Counted from the stretch's first letter, positions 10,589 to 20,682 are shown. The stretch: 64,000 nucleotides of DNA from Ignavibacteriales bacterium (GCA_026390595.1 JAPLFQ010000011.1:5340-69339), one strand, 5' to 3'. The notes: generated by a model from the letters alone, not told the origin. Made by a program: numbers and translations.

Positions 10589-11265
10589 CCAATCCATCAG
10601 AATTTGAAACCAACGCCGCGTTCATGCCCGAACGGCTCGACACTCGGGCGAAGCTGCTCGAGCTTCTCGCTCAGCGCCGCAGTCCACGCGCATTTTCCGA
10701 GAGCGCAATCGAGCCATCGAAGCTCGTCAATCTTTTTGAAGCAGCACGATGGTCACCTTCGTCATCGAACGAACAGCCGTGGAGATTCATCGCAGCCACA
10801 AAAGAAGATACAAGGGTCTACGCCATAATAGCCGAATCTCTGATGGAGGCAAATCGCCGCTGGGCGGTTCGTGCGCCCTTGCTCGTTGTTGGCATGGCGC
10901 AAACAACCTATCTGAAATCCGGCAAGCCGTACCTCCATGCTTTGTATGACCTCGGCCAGTCGGTTGCGCACATGACGGTGCAGGCATCAGCGTTGGGTCT
11001 ATCGGTTCACCAAATGGGAGGCTTCGATGCCAACAAGCTCAGGAGCGGATTCTCAATCCCGGAAGGATACGACATTGTGATCGTGCTTGCGATAGGATAT
11101 GCAGAGCATCCGAATACGCTGCCGGATGATCTTCGGAGCCGTGAAGAGGCTCCGCGGAAGCGAAAACCGCTTGAAGCGATTGTTTTCACCGATTCGTGGG
11201 AAAAACCATCATACCTTGTAGAGGCACAAGACGTCTCGCTCAAGATTCAGTCGTCATCGAATTAA
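10585..11265 (+). CDS. nitroreductase-family oxidoreductase
   Basis: RRSPRAF, SSSNEQPWRF and the C-terminal GY...P pattern. Confidence 0.85.
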   Translation: MTNPSEFETNAAFMPERLDTRAKLLELLAQRRSPRAFSESAIEPSKLVNLFEAARWSPSSSNEQPWRFIAATKEDTRVYAIIAESLMEANRRWAVRAPLLVVGMAQTTYLKSGKPYLHALYDLGQSVAHMTVQASALGLSVHQMGGFDANKLRSGFSIPEGYDIVIVLAIGYAEHPNTLPDDLRSREEAPRKRKPLEAIVFTDSWEKPSYLVEAQDVSLKIQSSSN

Positions 11266-11344
11266 ATGGTTTTCGAGACAAATACCATGGCGCAGATTCT
11301 GATGTTGTCTGCGCATGTTCTACAAACCCGCGAAAGGTCGACGA

Positions 11345-11641
11345 ATGGCTCAATTCGTAATTGACATACAGATTCCAATGGACCCGGACGAAGAGTTCTT
11401 CGCGCTTGTTCCGCTCCAACGTGCTCATATCGACAAGCTCCTCGAGCAGGGTATTGTGATGTCGTACAGCCTCTCGCTCGACAGATCTAGGCTTTGGGTG
11501 GTGATGAATGCGCGCACAGAGCGCGACGCCATTGAGATCCTGTCGGCGTTTCCGATGTTCAAGTATTTTGAGCCGACGATCTATCCCCTGATGTTTCACA
11601 ATACGTCCTTGATGTCGCAACTCAAAGTCTCATTGAATTGA
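11345..11641 (+). CDS. muconolactone-isomerase-like (ferredoxin-fold) small protein
   Basis: About 98 aa. The pattern P-MDP...L...E...L...G...FPMFKY..PTIYPL resembles the MIase family. Start chosen at the internal ATG 11345. Confidence 0.45.
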   Translation: MAQFVIDIQIPMDPDEEFFALVPLQRAHIDKLLEQGIVMSYSLSLDRSRLWVVMNARTERDAIEILSAFPMFKYFEPTIYPLMFHNTSLMSQLKVSLN

Positions 11642-11653
11642 CCGGCGAATTTC

Positions 11654-12553
11654 ATGAATTCAGCAATGCATCAATCGACAATAGCACCTTCGGGTTCTGC
11701 CCCGCGGCTGCCAGTGTCTGCCAAGATCCAATACGCACACCTCCGCGTCGTGAACTTAGATCGATCTTTGCGGTTTTATGAGGATTTGGTAGGACTTGTG
11801 GAGACGGGTTCAGACGGAAAGACGCTGACGCTCTCTGCTTTCGGGAGCAGCGACCCGCTTCTCCGGCTTACGGAAGATACCGACGCAAAGCCAAGGCAAA
11901 CCCGTTCACCGGGACTTTTTCACCTTGCGCTTCTCTATCCAAGTCGCGAGCATCTCGCGGCAGCATTCAAGCGGCTCTATGTCAATCGATGGCCCTTCCA
12001 GGGGTTTGCCAACCATGGAGTCAGTGAAGCCCTCTATCTCGCTGATGCAGATGGAAACGGAATCGAGCTGTATAGCGATATTCCCCGGGCGCAGTGGCCT
12101 TACAGAAACGGGACACTACAGATGGTAACTGAACACCTGGACCTCGACAACTTGCTGTCGGAGCTCAACGAAACAGACATCAGTGAGACTCTGACATCAG
12201 AAGGCCTTTCCATCGGCCACATCCATCTTCAGGTTTCGGATCTTCATCGCACTGAGGAGTTTTATCATACGAAGCTGGGTTTCGATGTTGTGCAGCGCGA
12301 TTTTCCCGGCGCTTTGTTCATGTCAGCAGGAGGCTATCATCACCACATCGGTGCAAACGTCTGGAACAGTCCGGGAGTTTCACCAGCACTCAACAATCAC
12401 CTTGGTCTAGTGCAGTTTGGCGTCAGTCTGGGAGACAAAGAGTCACGCGAGCAACTCGCAGCCCGGTTGCGATCAACCTCCCACTGGGTTTCGGATTCCG
12501 ACAACGCGTTTGTCGTACGGGACGCTGATCATCTACGAATTGAGATTTCTTAA
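11654..12553 (+). CDS. two-domain VOC (glyoxalase / extradiol dioxygenase fold) protein
   Basis: Two repeats of the H..L.V.DL..S..FY motif (AHLRVVNLDRSLRFY, HIHLQVSDLHRTEEFY). Confidence 0.8.
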   Translation: MNSAMHQSTIAPSGSAPRLPVSAKIQYAHLRVVNLDRSLRFYEDLVGLVETGSDGKTLTLSAFGSSDPLLRLTEDTDAKPRQTRSPGLFHLALLYPSREHLAAAFKRLYVNRWPFQGFANHGVSEALYLADADGNGIELYSDIPRAQWPYRNGTLQMVTEHLDLDNLLSELNETDISETLTSEGLSIGHIHLQVSDLHRTEEFYHTKLGFDVVQRDFPGALFMSAGGYHHHIGANVWNSPGVSPALNNHLGLVQFGVSLGDKESREQLAARLRSTSHWVSDSDNAFVVRDADHLRIEIS

Positions 12554-12591
12554 CCACCCAATCACATCACATTCATCAAGAAGGAGGTTCT

Positions 12592-13185
12592 ATGAAACGC
12601 TTCAAGTCCCTGTTTTTCATCACACTGTTCGGCATCTCATCTCTGTTCGCCCAAAAGGCGGGATGGACTCTTGACAAGTCCCACTCAAGCGTCGGTTTCT
12701 CGGTCAAGCACATGGTCATTTCGGATGTCTCTGGAAATTTCAAGGACTTCGATATCAGCTTCAAATCAAACAAGAGCGATTTCACAGACGCTTCCGTTGA
12801 TGCAACGATCAAGGTGGCGAGCATCAACACGGATAACGAAAAGCGCGATGGCCACTTGAAGACAGACGACTTCTTCAACGCTGAGAAGTTTCCTGCCATC
12901 ACCTTCAAGAGCACGTCCTTTGAAAAGGTCGGAGAGAACAAGTACAAGATCGCGGGTGACCTGACGATCCGCGATGTCACAAAAAAGGTCACATTCGACG
13001 CCACGTACAATGGCTCGATCAAATCCCCGTGGGGCGCTGAGATCTATGCCTGGAAAGCGACCCTGCCGGTGAATCGGTTTGACTTCGGCTTGAAGTGGAA
13101 CAAGGCGATTGAGGCAGGCGGTTTAATTGTGGGGGAAACGGTAAACATCACCTTGAATCTTGAACTGACCAAGCCGGCAGCCTGA
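12592..13185 (+). CDS. YceI-family periplasmic (polyisoprenoid-binding) protein
   Basis: Signal peptide, DKSHSSVGFSVKHMVISDVSGNF, and SINTDNEKRDGHLKTDDFFNAEKFP. Confidence 0.9.
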   Translation: MKRFKSLFFITLFGISSLFAQKAGWTLDKSHSSVGFSVKHMVISDVSGNFKDFDISFKSNKSDFTDASVDATIKVASINTDNEKRDGHLKTDDFFNAEKFPAITFKSTSFEKVGENKYKIAGDLTIRDVTKKVTFDATYNGSIKSPWGAEIYAWKATLPVNRFDFGLKWNKAIEAGGLIVGETVNITLNLELTKPAA

Positions 13186-13287
13186 ACTCGTAACCGGGTG
13201 CCTGCAGCTCATTGACAGTCCGCCTGCCCCAAAAAGCATGGTTCGGCGGGCAAGTCAACTTTCGGACGACTCCGTTGATTAAGAAAC

Positions 13288-13327
13288 AAAGCCCGCTCAT
13301 TGCAATCAATGGGCGGGCTTTTTTTGT
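13288..13327. terminator. bidirectional rho-independent terminator between convergent genes
   Basis: AAAGCCCGCTCATT / AATGGGCGGGCTTT stem flanked by an A-run and a T-run. Confidence 0.7.
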
Positions 13328-13349
13328 GCATCGGGTAATTGTCCGATGA

Positions 13350-14510
13350 CTACACTTTTATGACGAGGTTGTTCTTGTACATGATATATGCAATCAGGTA
13401 CAGGAAGAGCATGAAGGCGACAGAGTGCAGGAATGAAGCAAACATTGGATCGCCGATTGGCAGGAAGAAAGCCTGATAGTACCATCCCTTGAGCGAGATT
13501 GGAGTCCCGTCTGCACCTGCCCACTTGATAAGTCCCGTCAGCCGTCCGATAAACCCTGCGAGGAAAAACATGGTGATGGCGTTCAACCCGTAAATCTCAA
13601 ATGGCTTCGTCCACCGTTTGTATCCTTTCACGTCGATCAGCCAATAGCAGAATGCGAAGATATTCAGCGCCAGGCCCGCCATGAAAACCGAATAGGTGCT
13701 TGTCCAGAGATTCTTGTTGATCGGCAGCCAGTTGTCCATGAGCAAGCCCATGAATATCAATGTATTCCCCGCAATAAACATCCAGGCCGCCTTCTCCTCT
13801 TGCGTCCGCTTTGAACGGATGAAATGACCGGTGAGGACGCCGAAGAGTGTTGTCGCAATTGCCGGGAGTGTGCTGAACAGCCCTTCAGGATCGAATCCGG
13901 GAGCCGGGGCGCCCGCCCAGGTGTGTCCGCTCAGAACCGTTGAGTCGATGTACCACACCAGACTGCCTTTGGGTTCAAGGATGCCTGCGCCAAACTCCGG
14001 TACGGGCACTGTTTTTATCAGGACCCAGTACACGATAAGGAACAACACCGTCCACCGTATCTGCCAGAGCGTGCTCGCATACAGAATGATAACCGAAGCG
14101 ATGAAATAACAGATGGCAATTCTTTGCAGGACCCCCGGAAGCCTCCATGCTGCGAAGCTGAAGTGGTGTCCGAATATCAAGCCGAATGGAAAACCATTGA
14201 GGAAAAGACCGATCACCAGGATTGTGACGGCGCGCTGAAAGGCATGGAGCATCAGTTTGTTGCGATCAGCCCCCTGCTCGACGCGTTTCGACATTGAGTA
14301 CGTCATCGCGACGCCGACAATCCAGAGGAAGAAGGGGAAAATAAGGTCGGTAAATGTCCATCCGTTCCACGCTGCGTGTTTGAAGGGAGGATAGATTTCC
14401 GACCAGCTGCCGGGGTTGTTCACCATCATCATACCGGCAACGGTGGCGCCCCGAAACACATCCAGCGAAAGCAAGCGGCCGCTGGTTTTGGCAGGAATTG
14501 GTTGTGCCAT
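13350..14510 (-). CDS. membrane acyltransferase, heparan-alpha-glucosaminide N-acetyltransferase-like (DUF1624/DUF5009)
   Basis: RLLSLDVFRGATVAGMMMVNNPGSW N-terminus and a polytopic membrane profile. Confidence 0.8.
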   Translation of the reverse strand: MAQPIPAKTSGRLLSLDVFRGATVAGMMMVNNPGSWSEIYPPFKHAAWNGWTFTDLIFPFFLWIVGVAMTYSMSKRVEQGADRNKLMLHAFQRAVTILVIGLFLNGFPFGLIFGHHFSFAAWRLPGVLQRIAICYFIASVIILYASTLWQIRWTVLFLIVYWVLIKTVPVPEFGAGILEPKGSLVWYIDSTVLSGHTWAGAPAPGFDPEGLFSTLPAIATTLFGVLTGHFIRSKRTQEEKAAWMFIAGNTLIFMGLLMDNWLPINKNLWTSTYSVFMAGLALNIFAFCYWLIDVKGYKRWTKPFEIYGLNAITMFFLAGFIGRLTGLIKWAGADGTPISLKGWYYQAFFLPIGDPMFASFLHSVAFMLFLYLIAYIMYKNNLVIKV

Positions 14511-14573
14511 TGAATGCTCCTTGTGATAGTCGCGATCTTCAGGGAAGAATCGGGACCGGTGAAGGGAGCGCTT

Positions 14574-14672
14574 CTAGCCCCACGAAGTGCCGGAACGGAG
14601 AAAGACAACGACAATCCAACCCACGAGAAGCGCGAGAACGATAAGTATGCGAAGTTTCTTGTCAGAGGACAT
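14574..14672 (-). CDS. possible 32-aa single-TM peptide (below the ORF-track cutoff)
   Basis: Hand translation gives MSSDKKLRILIVLALLVGWIVVVFLRSGTSWG. Lies just upstream of the acyltransferase on the same strand. No other support. Confidence 0.2.
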   Translation of the reverse strand: MSSDKKLRILIVLALLVGWIVVVFLRSGTSWG

Positions 14673-14763
14673 GTATCTCAATCGATGATTTCTGTGAAGA
14701 AAAGATAGGGAGATTTGCCGGGACAAGCAAAAGTGACTGGCAGAATACCGGGACTGAGCGACA

Positions 14764-15573
14764 TCACTGGGTCTGTTTCAACGCGAGCTCCATCAATTTG
14801 GAGGCGAGGAGCGAGCGGTTGTATTGCATCTGGAAATTCATGAAGAATCGTCCCACTGCTTTGCCGGTGTTCTCGAGTACGATAACCTCCCTCATTCCCG
14901 TTTTCGGAGACGCCCCAACCTGTTGAAGGAGCTTCCCCTCTCCTATGTTACCCCTCACGAGAAGCGTAGGAACGAAGTGCTTGTCTATGGCGCGTGCGAC
15001 TTCTTCATCTTCGATGATCGCAGTAGCAGCCTCGATGTCATCTCCCGACTGCAGGATGAGTACCATGATCCGCCGCTTCTGTGCCTGAGCCACAATTGTT
15101 GCCTTCTGCAGATCCGGCCACAGGAGAATTTGTACACCGACAGAGTCGTTCAACCATTTGATGAGGTCTGTCTTCGGGAAGAAACCAACGTGGCGTTTCC
15201 GCTCTTTCCCGGCGGGACTCAGCACGATGTACGTGGGGTATGCGCGGATTCCAAATTGTTTCTTGAGCGTGTCGCCTGATACCGGATCATCACCGTCAAT
15301 CTTCGCGGGAATATACCGAGAAGTCAGAATGTTCTTTACAGAGTCATTCGGAAAGACGTCCTTGTCCATCGCTTTGCATGGTCCGCACCAATCCGCATAT
15401 ACATCGACAAAGATCGGCTTGTTCTGGGTTGCCGCCGCACCCCTCGCCTCTTCAAAACGGAGCCATTTGATTGAATCCGATGCCGGCCAGTACTCGAGCA
15501 CCGCTCCGAGGACAAGGAACGCCGCAGCAGCCAGCCCAACCCATTTCGCGTATGTCGTGTCCCGCTGATTCAT
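14764..15573 (-). CDS. membrane-anchored thioredoxin-fold protein
   Basis: WCGPCK active site and an N-terminal TM segment. Start taken at ATG 15573, 4 nt after the upstream permease stop. Confidence 0.75.
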   Translation of the reverse strand: MNQRDTTYAKWVGLAAAAFLVLGAVLEYWPASDSIKWLRFEEARGAAATQNKPIFVDVYADWCGPCKAMDKDVFPNDSVKNILTSRYIPAKIDGDDPVSGDTLKKQFGIRAYPTYIVLSPAGKERKRHVGFFPKTDLIKWLNDSVGVQILLWPDLQKATIVAQAQKRRIMVLILQSGDDIEAATAIIEDEEVARAIDKHFVPTLLVRGNIGEGKLLQQVGASPKTGMREVIVLENTGKAVGRFFMNFQMQYNRSLLASKLMELALKQTQ

Positions 15574-15577
15574 GATG

Positions 15578-16342
15578 TTACTCCGACCCTTTGTCGACCT
15601 GGATCTTCGCAATACTCCAGAATGTCAGGGCAAGGACGATACCCAATGCCCCGAATCCCCACGCGAGTTCTGCGGTCGGAATGCCCATGCCCCCGTTGAT
15701 CGCGTCAAGCGTTTTCGAAAACCCGTCAGGGTAGAGAAAATCTTTGAGGATCGTGAGCCATTTGTCCGTCGCATGGAACGCCTGCAGGTATCCGGAGATC
15801 CCTGACGCACAGATCGACCAGAACGCGATCAGCACAACGTTGAAGACACCCGGGAGCCAGCACGAGAAAAGAGCCAGGATCGAAACGGTGAGCAGTGCTT
15901 GAAGCAGAAAGACACCATGCACTGCAAGGACCCGGCCAAGGTCGAACACCACTTCTCCTTTGGCAAAGAAACTCGAGACGATGATATTTGGAAGGATGCC
16001 GGCAACCACAATCGTGAAAACGACCGATGTGTAGACTGCGGCAATTTTGATGAGCAGATAGCTTTGCCGCGAGACGGGCCGGATGAGGAGTGTCCTCAGC
16101 CACCCGTCTTTGACGTCGGCGGCAACCATCGCCACGCCAAACAGCGCTGCGGCGAGCGGCACCACGAGGGAGCTATTCACGCTCACCGCGAACCGTGCAA
16201 CATCGTACACTTTTGAGAACCTGGCCGAGGTAAATAGCATGAGAGCGGACAACAACATCAGTCCCAACGGAATGAATACCGCGGTGACGGTCCAGAGCCG
16301 TCTGAGCTCGATCAGGTACAATCTCGCCAGGGCCCTCTTCAC
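15578..16342 (-). CDS. ABC-2 type transporter permease
   Basis: Six-TM hydrophobic profile. The GTG start at 16342 overlaps the ATPase TGA stop (GTGA). Confidence 0.7.
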   Translation of the reverse strand: MKRALARLYLIELRRLWTVTAVFIPLGLMLLSALMLFTSARFSKVYDVARFAVSVNSSLVVPLAAALFGVAMVAADVKDGWLRTLLIRPVSRQSYLLIKIAAVYTSVVFTIVVAGILPNIIVSSFFAKGEVVFDLGRVLAVHGVFLLQALLTVSILALFSCWLPGVFNVVLIAFWSICASGISGYLQAFHATDKWLTILKDFLYPDGFSKTLDAINGGMGIPTAELAWGFGALGIVLALTFWSIAKIQVDKGSE

Positions 16343-17079
16343 GTTCCCTTCCTTTCGACCAGATGTTTTCTGAATGATTCTTCCAAGAATCCCGGCGGAG
16401 TGCCTGCGAGCGAGTGTTCGGCAACCAGGTTTCCGTCCAGAATGAAGAGAACGCGATCGCACACGTTTTCGACTTCAGTGAGGTTGTGGGAACTGAAAAA
16501 GACTGTCGTTCCCTTTGCTTTCTGCTGCGTCAGGTATTCCCTCAGTTCAAAGACCGATGGAGGATCAAGCGAAGCGGTTGGCTCATCGAGGAACACGACC
16601 TTTGGTGAACCGACGAACGCGACTGCCAGTTCGATCTTCTGGCGCATGCCTTTCGAGAGCGCTGAGAGTTTTCGTACGGCCGCATTGGTAAGGTTGAAGT
16701 GGCTCAGGATTCCGTCGACTTCTTCCCTCGGTGCGGGATTCCCGGCCAGGAGCGCGTGCAACTCCAGAAACGTTCGTGTGGAAAGAGTGTTGGAGCGAAA
16801 ATGCGAGTCGGCCTGGTAGCCTGTGTGCTTGCGTGTGGCCAGCGATTCCGGATGGTCGCCGAGTATAGAGATGCTGCCGCCGTCATCGGCATTCAGGAAC
16901 CCGAGAAGAATCCTGAGAAGTGTCGATTTGCCGGCACCGTTAGGCCCGATGAGGCCGACGATCTCGCCTTGCTCGACCCTGAAGCCGACGCCTTTGAGTG
17001 CGAAAACGGCGTTTTTCGACCTTGGGCTATAAGTCTTGCTGATGTTCTCGGCCTGAACTGCTGCGGGACGTGCTTCCAT
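16339..17079 (-). CDS. ABC transporter ATP-binding protein
   Basis: Walker A GPNGAGKST, signature LSKGMRQK, Walker B VVFLDEP. Start taken at ATG 17079. Confidence 0.9.
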   Translation of the reverse strand: MEARPAAVQAENISKTYSPRSKNAVFALKGVGFRVEQGEIVGLIGPNGAGKSTLLRILLGFLNADDGGSISILGDHPESLATRKHTGYQADSHFRSNTLSTRTFLELHALLAGNPAPREEVDGILSHFNLTNAAVRKLSALSKGMRQKIELAVAFVGSPKVVFLDEPTASLDPPSVFELREYLTQQKAKGTTVFFSSHNLTEVENVCDRVLFILDGNLVAEHSLAGTPPGFLEESFRKHLVERKGT

Positions 17080-17217
17080 GCCGTATGAGAAGTGAGAATA
17101 AGAGGATTGGGTATGAAAATACACAGGAACGGAGCGAGTGTCAACAGAAATCGATGTGTACCTGGAGATGACCGGCACTCGTCAGAGTCTCGGCGGGACG
17201 ACGGTCATCCTTGCCGC

Positions 17218-18597
17218 CTACACGGGTTCAGCGTGGATCGTGAAGCGCCTCACCTGCGGGAAGTTCTGATAGAGATGCGACTCAACCTGCGAAATGATCT
17301 GGTGCACTTCGGCCAGCGTCTTCGAGCTGTCGAGCCTGCAAGTCAGTGTGACGTGAAGATGCGGTGCGTGCTTCAACACCGTGATATCGGTGCATTCGCG
17401 AATCCGCCCATCGCCGAGAACAAGGGTCTCAATCGCCAGGCAAAGATCCTTCTCCTCCTCGGTCGCATGCGTGAGCTCCCCTTCGTCAGGAAGAAACTCC
17501 TCGAGGTGAATCGTCACTTTTTGAACCGAGGGAATTTCCCGCCGAATCTGCTCTTCAATTTCTTCTGCCAATGCGTGGGCCTCGACGAATGTTTTTTCTT
17601 TGCTGTACTCGACGTCGAAGTCTATGAAGTACTTTCCATCCGATTGATGCACTTCGAGGTTGTGGGGCGCCCCGACCCCCTTCTCGATGACAATCATCCT
17701 CACCTTGTCGATCATCGATTCGTCCCGTCCATGCATCGGCTCTGCGTGAACGGTCACATCGGCTTCCGGATGCACCGCGTGGATTGCTTTCTCGATGTCA
17801 TCCATGATTCGATGAGCTCTGTCGAACGGCATTGTTCGTCGGATGCCTACTATGGCGTCAACAAAGAGACGCGATCCGGAGCCCCGCACGCGCATGGAAC
17901 GGAGTTCCTCGACACCCTCGGCGGTCTTAATCGATTCCCCCACCTTCTGTGCCAATCCCTCGGGAACCCTGTCCATCAGCGCGTCGATCGTGCGCCTTCC
18001 AAGCCGATAGCTGACGAAGAGGACAAGAATAGCGACAGCCAAAGCCGCAACCGAATCGATTCTCGAATATCCAAGTGAAACGCAGACGAGGCCGGCGAGC
18101 ACCGCCAACGATGACCAGATATCGCTGGAAAAGTGGAGTGCATCAGCTTCCAGAGCCTGGCTGTGATGCTTCTTTGCAACCTGGCTCAGGGCTCTCGATC
18201 TGCTGAAATCGATAACAATAGAGACAACAATGACTCCAAAACTCCAAATGTTCGCTTCAACATGCACAGTGTTCGATGTAAGCCGCTCAACCGCTTCCCA
18301 GATTATCCAACCACACGTTACGAGGAGAAGGATCGTCTCGAAGAATGCCGATACGTTTTCCATCTTGCCGTGACCGTACTGATGGTCCTCATCGGGAGGT
18401 TTGTCGGACACGCTCACTGCAACGTACGTGATGATCGCGGCAAGAAGGTCCAGCCCGGAGTGGGCGGCCTCGGAAAGTATGCCAAGGCTGTTTGTCATGA
18501 GGCCCACAGCGAGCTTCATCCCGGTCAACACCACGGCAGCGAAGACAGACGTGAGGGCTATGTTCTTCTTCTCGCGAACCGCCAGTGTGTCAATCAT
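17218..18597 (-). CDS. cation diffusion facilitator (CDF) transporter with three tandem cytoplasmic C-terminal domains
   Basis: TM2 HSGLD and TM5 HFSSD metal sites. Three ferredoxin-fold repeats each end in V(T)(V/I)H(A/L)EP-like strands. The ATG at 18597 overlaps the upstream stop (ATGA). Confidence 0.85.
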   Translation of the reverse strand: MIDTLAVREKKNIALTSVFAAVVLTGMKLAVGLMTNSLGILSEAAHSGLDLLAAIITYVAVSVSDKPPDEDHQYGHGKMENVSAFFETILLLVTCGWIIWEAVERLTSNTVHVEANIWSFGVIVVSIVIDFSRSRALSQVAKKHHSQALEADALHFSSDIWSSLAVLAGLVCVSLGYSRIDSVAALAVAILVLFVSYRLGRRTIDALMDRVPEGLAQKVGESIKTAEGVEELRSMRVRGSGSRLFVDAIVGIRRTMPFDRAHRIMDDIEKAIHAVHPEADVTVHAEPMHGRDESMIDKVRMIVIEKGVGAPHNLEVHQSDGKYFIDFDVEYSKEKTFVEAHALAEEIEEQIRREIPSVQKVTIHLEEFLPDEGELTHATEEEKDLCLAIETLVLGDGRIRECTDITVLKHAPHLHVTLTCRLDSSKTLAEVHQIISQVESHLYQNFPQVRRFTIHAEPV

Positions 18598-19682
18598 TGG
18601 ATCTCCTCGAATGTGAGGGTCCCGATCGGATAACTCCGCCAATCTCCGAAATCAAAGTGCCACCATTCCACTTCGAATACCTTGAACCCTTCCGCCTCCA
18701 TCGCCGTTCTGAGCAGTTGTCGATGCCATCGCTGCAGCGTCGTTCCCCCAGGGTAGCCCGGGTAAGCCCGGCGTGAGAACTCATCATACCCGCAGACCAT
18801 TTCGACCACCTTGCCGGTTTTGAGATCATACAGTGACAGATCCACTGCACAGCCGCGGTTATGGCGGGAGCCCTTCGCCGGATCTGCAACAAAATCCTTC
18901 TGTTCTGTTGGCGTAGCATCCCAGAACATCTTCGTCACGTACCAAGGGCGATACGCGTCGTGGATGAGCAGGCCATACCCCATGCCCCGGAGCGACCGAT
19001 GTGCCCGGATGAGCGCCTCAGCCCCCGGCCGCTGCAAGAACGCTCTCGCCTGCGAATAGAATTTCTCTCCCATGAAATTATCTGTTGTTGCATACCTGAT
19101 GTCAAGATGGATCGTAGAATCAAGAAGTGTCAGTTCAACAAGCTCGGATTTCCTGAAGGTTCCGTTTTCCCGCGGCGGCGGAGCGAGCAGAGCTTCTCTC
19201 CGCAACACATCTGCAGGTTTGAGTGGCTTGATGCGAAACGAAGTTCCGGTTTCCCCGCCATAGAAAACGCGCTGGAACACCGACGGATGCACTTCCAGCG
19301 AGACGGCAAATCCTGCTGCGTTGCGCCGAACGACGCAGGCTCTGTTCCCGTTTGTCTCCGCAGGAAGAACCTCGAAGCGGTCTGTTCCATCCGGCCGCAA
19401 CCGGCACGGACTGCCGGTATCTTTCAAGAGATACAACACCCCGTCTTTTTCGAAGACAGACATCGTTTCATTGTTACGCGTGTACTCTCCGATGAGTCCC
19501 TTCCATTGCACAGGGACGTCTGATGGCTTGCGCTCCGGAGAAAAGCTGACGGACGCTTGGAAGGCCGCCGCCTGGTTCTGGACGGGACACACCCATTGCA
19601 TCCAGATCAAGAGGAGGAGAGCGAGGCGAGCAGACGCGCGATTATGGACGCTGCGGTGTCTCATCGGTTGGTACTTGAACAT
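18594..19682 (-). CDS. secreted D-alanyl-D-alanine dipeptidase (VanX/DdpX, peptidase M15D) with an N-terminal extra domain
   Basis: DIRYATTDNFMG, LLIHDAYRPW, SRHNRGCAVDL and EWWHFD motifs, plus a signal peptide. Confidence 0.85.
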   Translation of the reverse strand: MFKYQPMRHRSVHNRASARLALLLLIWMQWVCPVQNQAAAFQASVSFSPERKPSDVPVQWKGLIGEYTRNNETMSVFEKDGVLYLLKDTGSPCRLRPDGTDRFEVLPAETNGNRACVVRRNAAGFAVSLEVHPSVFQRVFYGGETGTSFRIKPLKPADVLRREALLAPPPRENGTFRKSELVELTLLDSTIHLDIRYATTDNFMGEKFYSQARAFLQRPGAEALIRAHRSLRGMGYGLLIHDAYRPWYVTKMFWDATPTEQKDFVADPAKGSRHNRGCAVDLSLYDLKTGKVVEMVCGYDEFSRRAYPGYPGGTTLQRWHRQLLRTAMEAEGFKVFEVEWWHFDFGDWRSYPIGTLTFEEIQ

Positions 19683-19800
19683 CTCCCTCTATGACATTTG
19701 TGAAATCAAACCAGAAGACTCCAGGAAGTTCGCCCGGCGAGGAGGATATGCCTTATCCTTCCTTTCGTGTCCCTGCGCTCCATCGCATTGTTCAGGTCTA

Positions 19801-20658
19801 TCAGAATTTCAAGATTTCACGCATTCGGAGCAAGAGCGGCTGGATTTCTTTGTCCCAGAACTGCCAGTTGTGCCCCCCCTGCGTTTCATGGTATTCGTAA
19901 GCTGCTCCATATGTCCGGAGCAGATCTGTAAACGCTCGGTGTGCGGGAAGGAACGTTCTGTATCCGTCCTGTATCCCAATGGATGTGTAAATGTACGGCA
20001 AAGAATCTTTCGATGTCTGCCGGTAGAGGAGAAAGACATCATGCGCGTTCCGGAAACCGCTCGTCTTTTCCCCGAACGCCCGCTTCAGGCTCGGCAACAG
20101 TGCGCGCTCCGGCGCCCGGGTCGTGTCATTCATCCCTCTGGGAAAAGCGATGGCTCCGGAGAGAGAGCCCACAAAACCGTATCGGGATGGATGTCTGAGG
20201 CTTACCATGAGTGCGCCGTATCCTCCCATCGAGAGCCCTGCAATTCCCTGACGCGTCGAATCAATCGAATACATCGTTTGCACGTAGTGAGGAAGGTCCT
20301 TCACCACATAGCTTTCAAACTGGTCGTTCGGTTCGGTGAATGAGTTGACATACCATGAATTCTCCCCGTCCGGCATCACGACAATCATGGGAATGTCTTT
20401 GATGTACTCACGGAGCTTCGTCTTCTTCCACCAGTCTTCGTGCCCACCGGTGTAGCCGTGCAACAAATATAGAACGGGATACCGTTTTATGGGGTCATAG
20501 GCTGCGGGGAGTAACACCGAGATCTTCTTCGTTCTTCCAAGACTTGGCATGAAGAAACTATCGACCCGGACAATCGGTTGTGCCAAGGCACCCGATGTGA
20601 AGAAGATCGTGAAGACGATCAGCGCTGAAGAAAATACGGCAGAGAAGTTTTTTTTCAT
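19801..20658 (-). CDS. secreted esterase (alpha/beta hydrolase, esterase D / CE1-like)
   Basis: Signal peptide, YLLHG, and the GLSMGGYGA nucleophile elbow. Confidence 0.8.
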   Translation of the reverse strand: MKKNFSAVFSSALIVFTIFFTSGALAQPIVRVDSFFMPSLGRTKKISVLLPAAYDPIKRYPVLYLLHGYTGGHEDWWKKTKLREYIKDIPMIVVMPDGENSWYVNSFTEPNDQFESYVVKDLPHYVQTMYSIDSTRQGIAGLSMGGYGALMVSLRHPSRYGFVGSLSGAIAFPRGMNDTTRAPERALLPSLKRAFGEKTSGFRNAHDVFLLYRQTSKDSLPYIYTSIGIQDGYRTFLPAHRAFTDLLRTYGAAYEYHETQGGHNWQFWDKEIQPLLLRMREILKF

Positions 20659-20682
20659 TTGGGTGAGAGTACTCCTGAAAGA

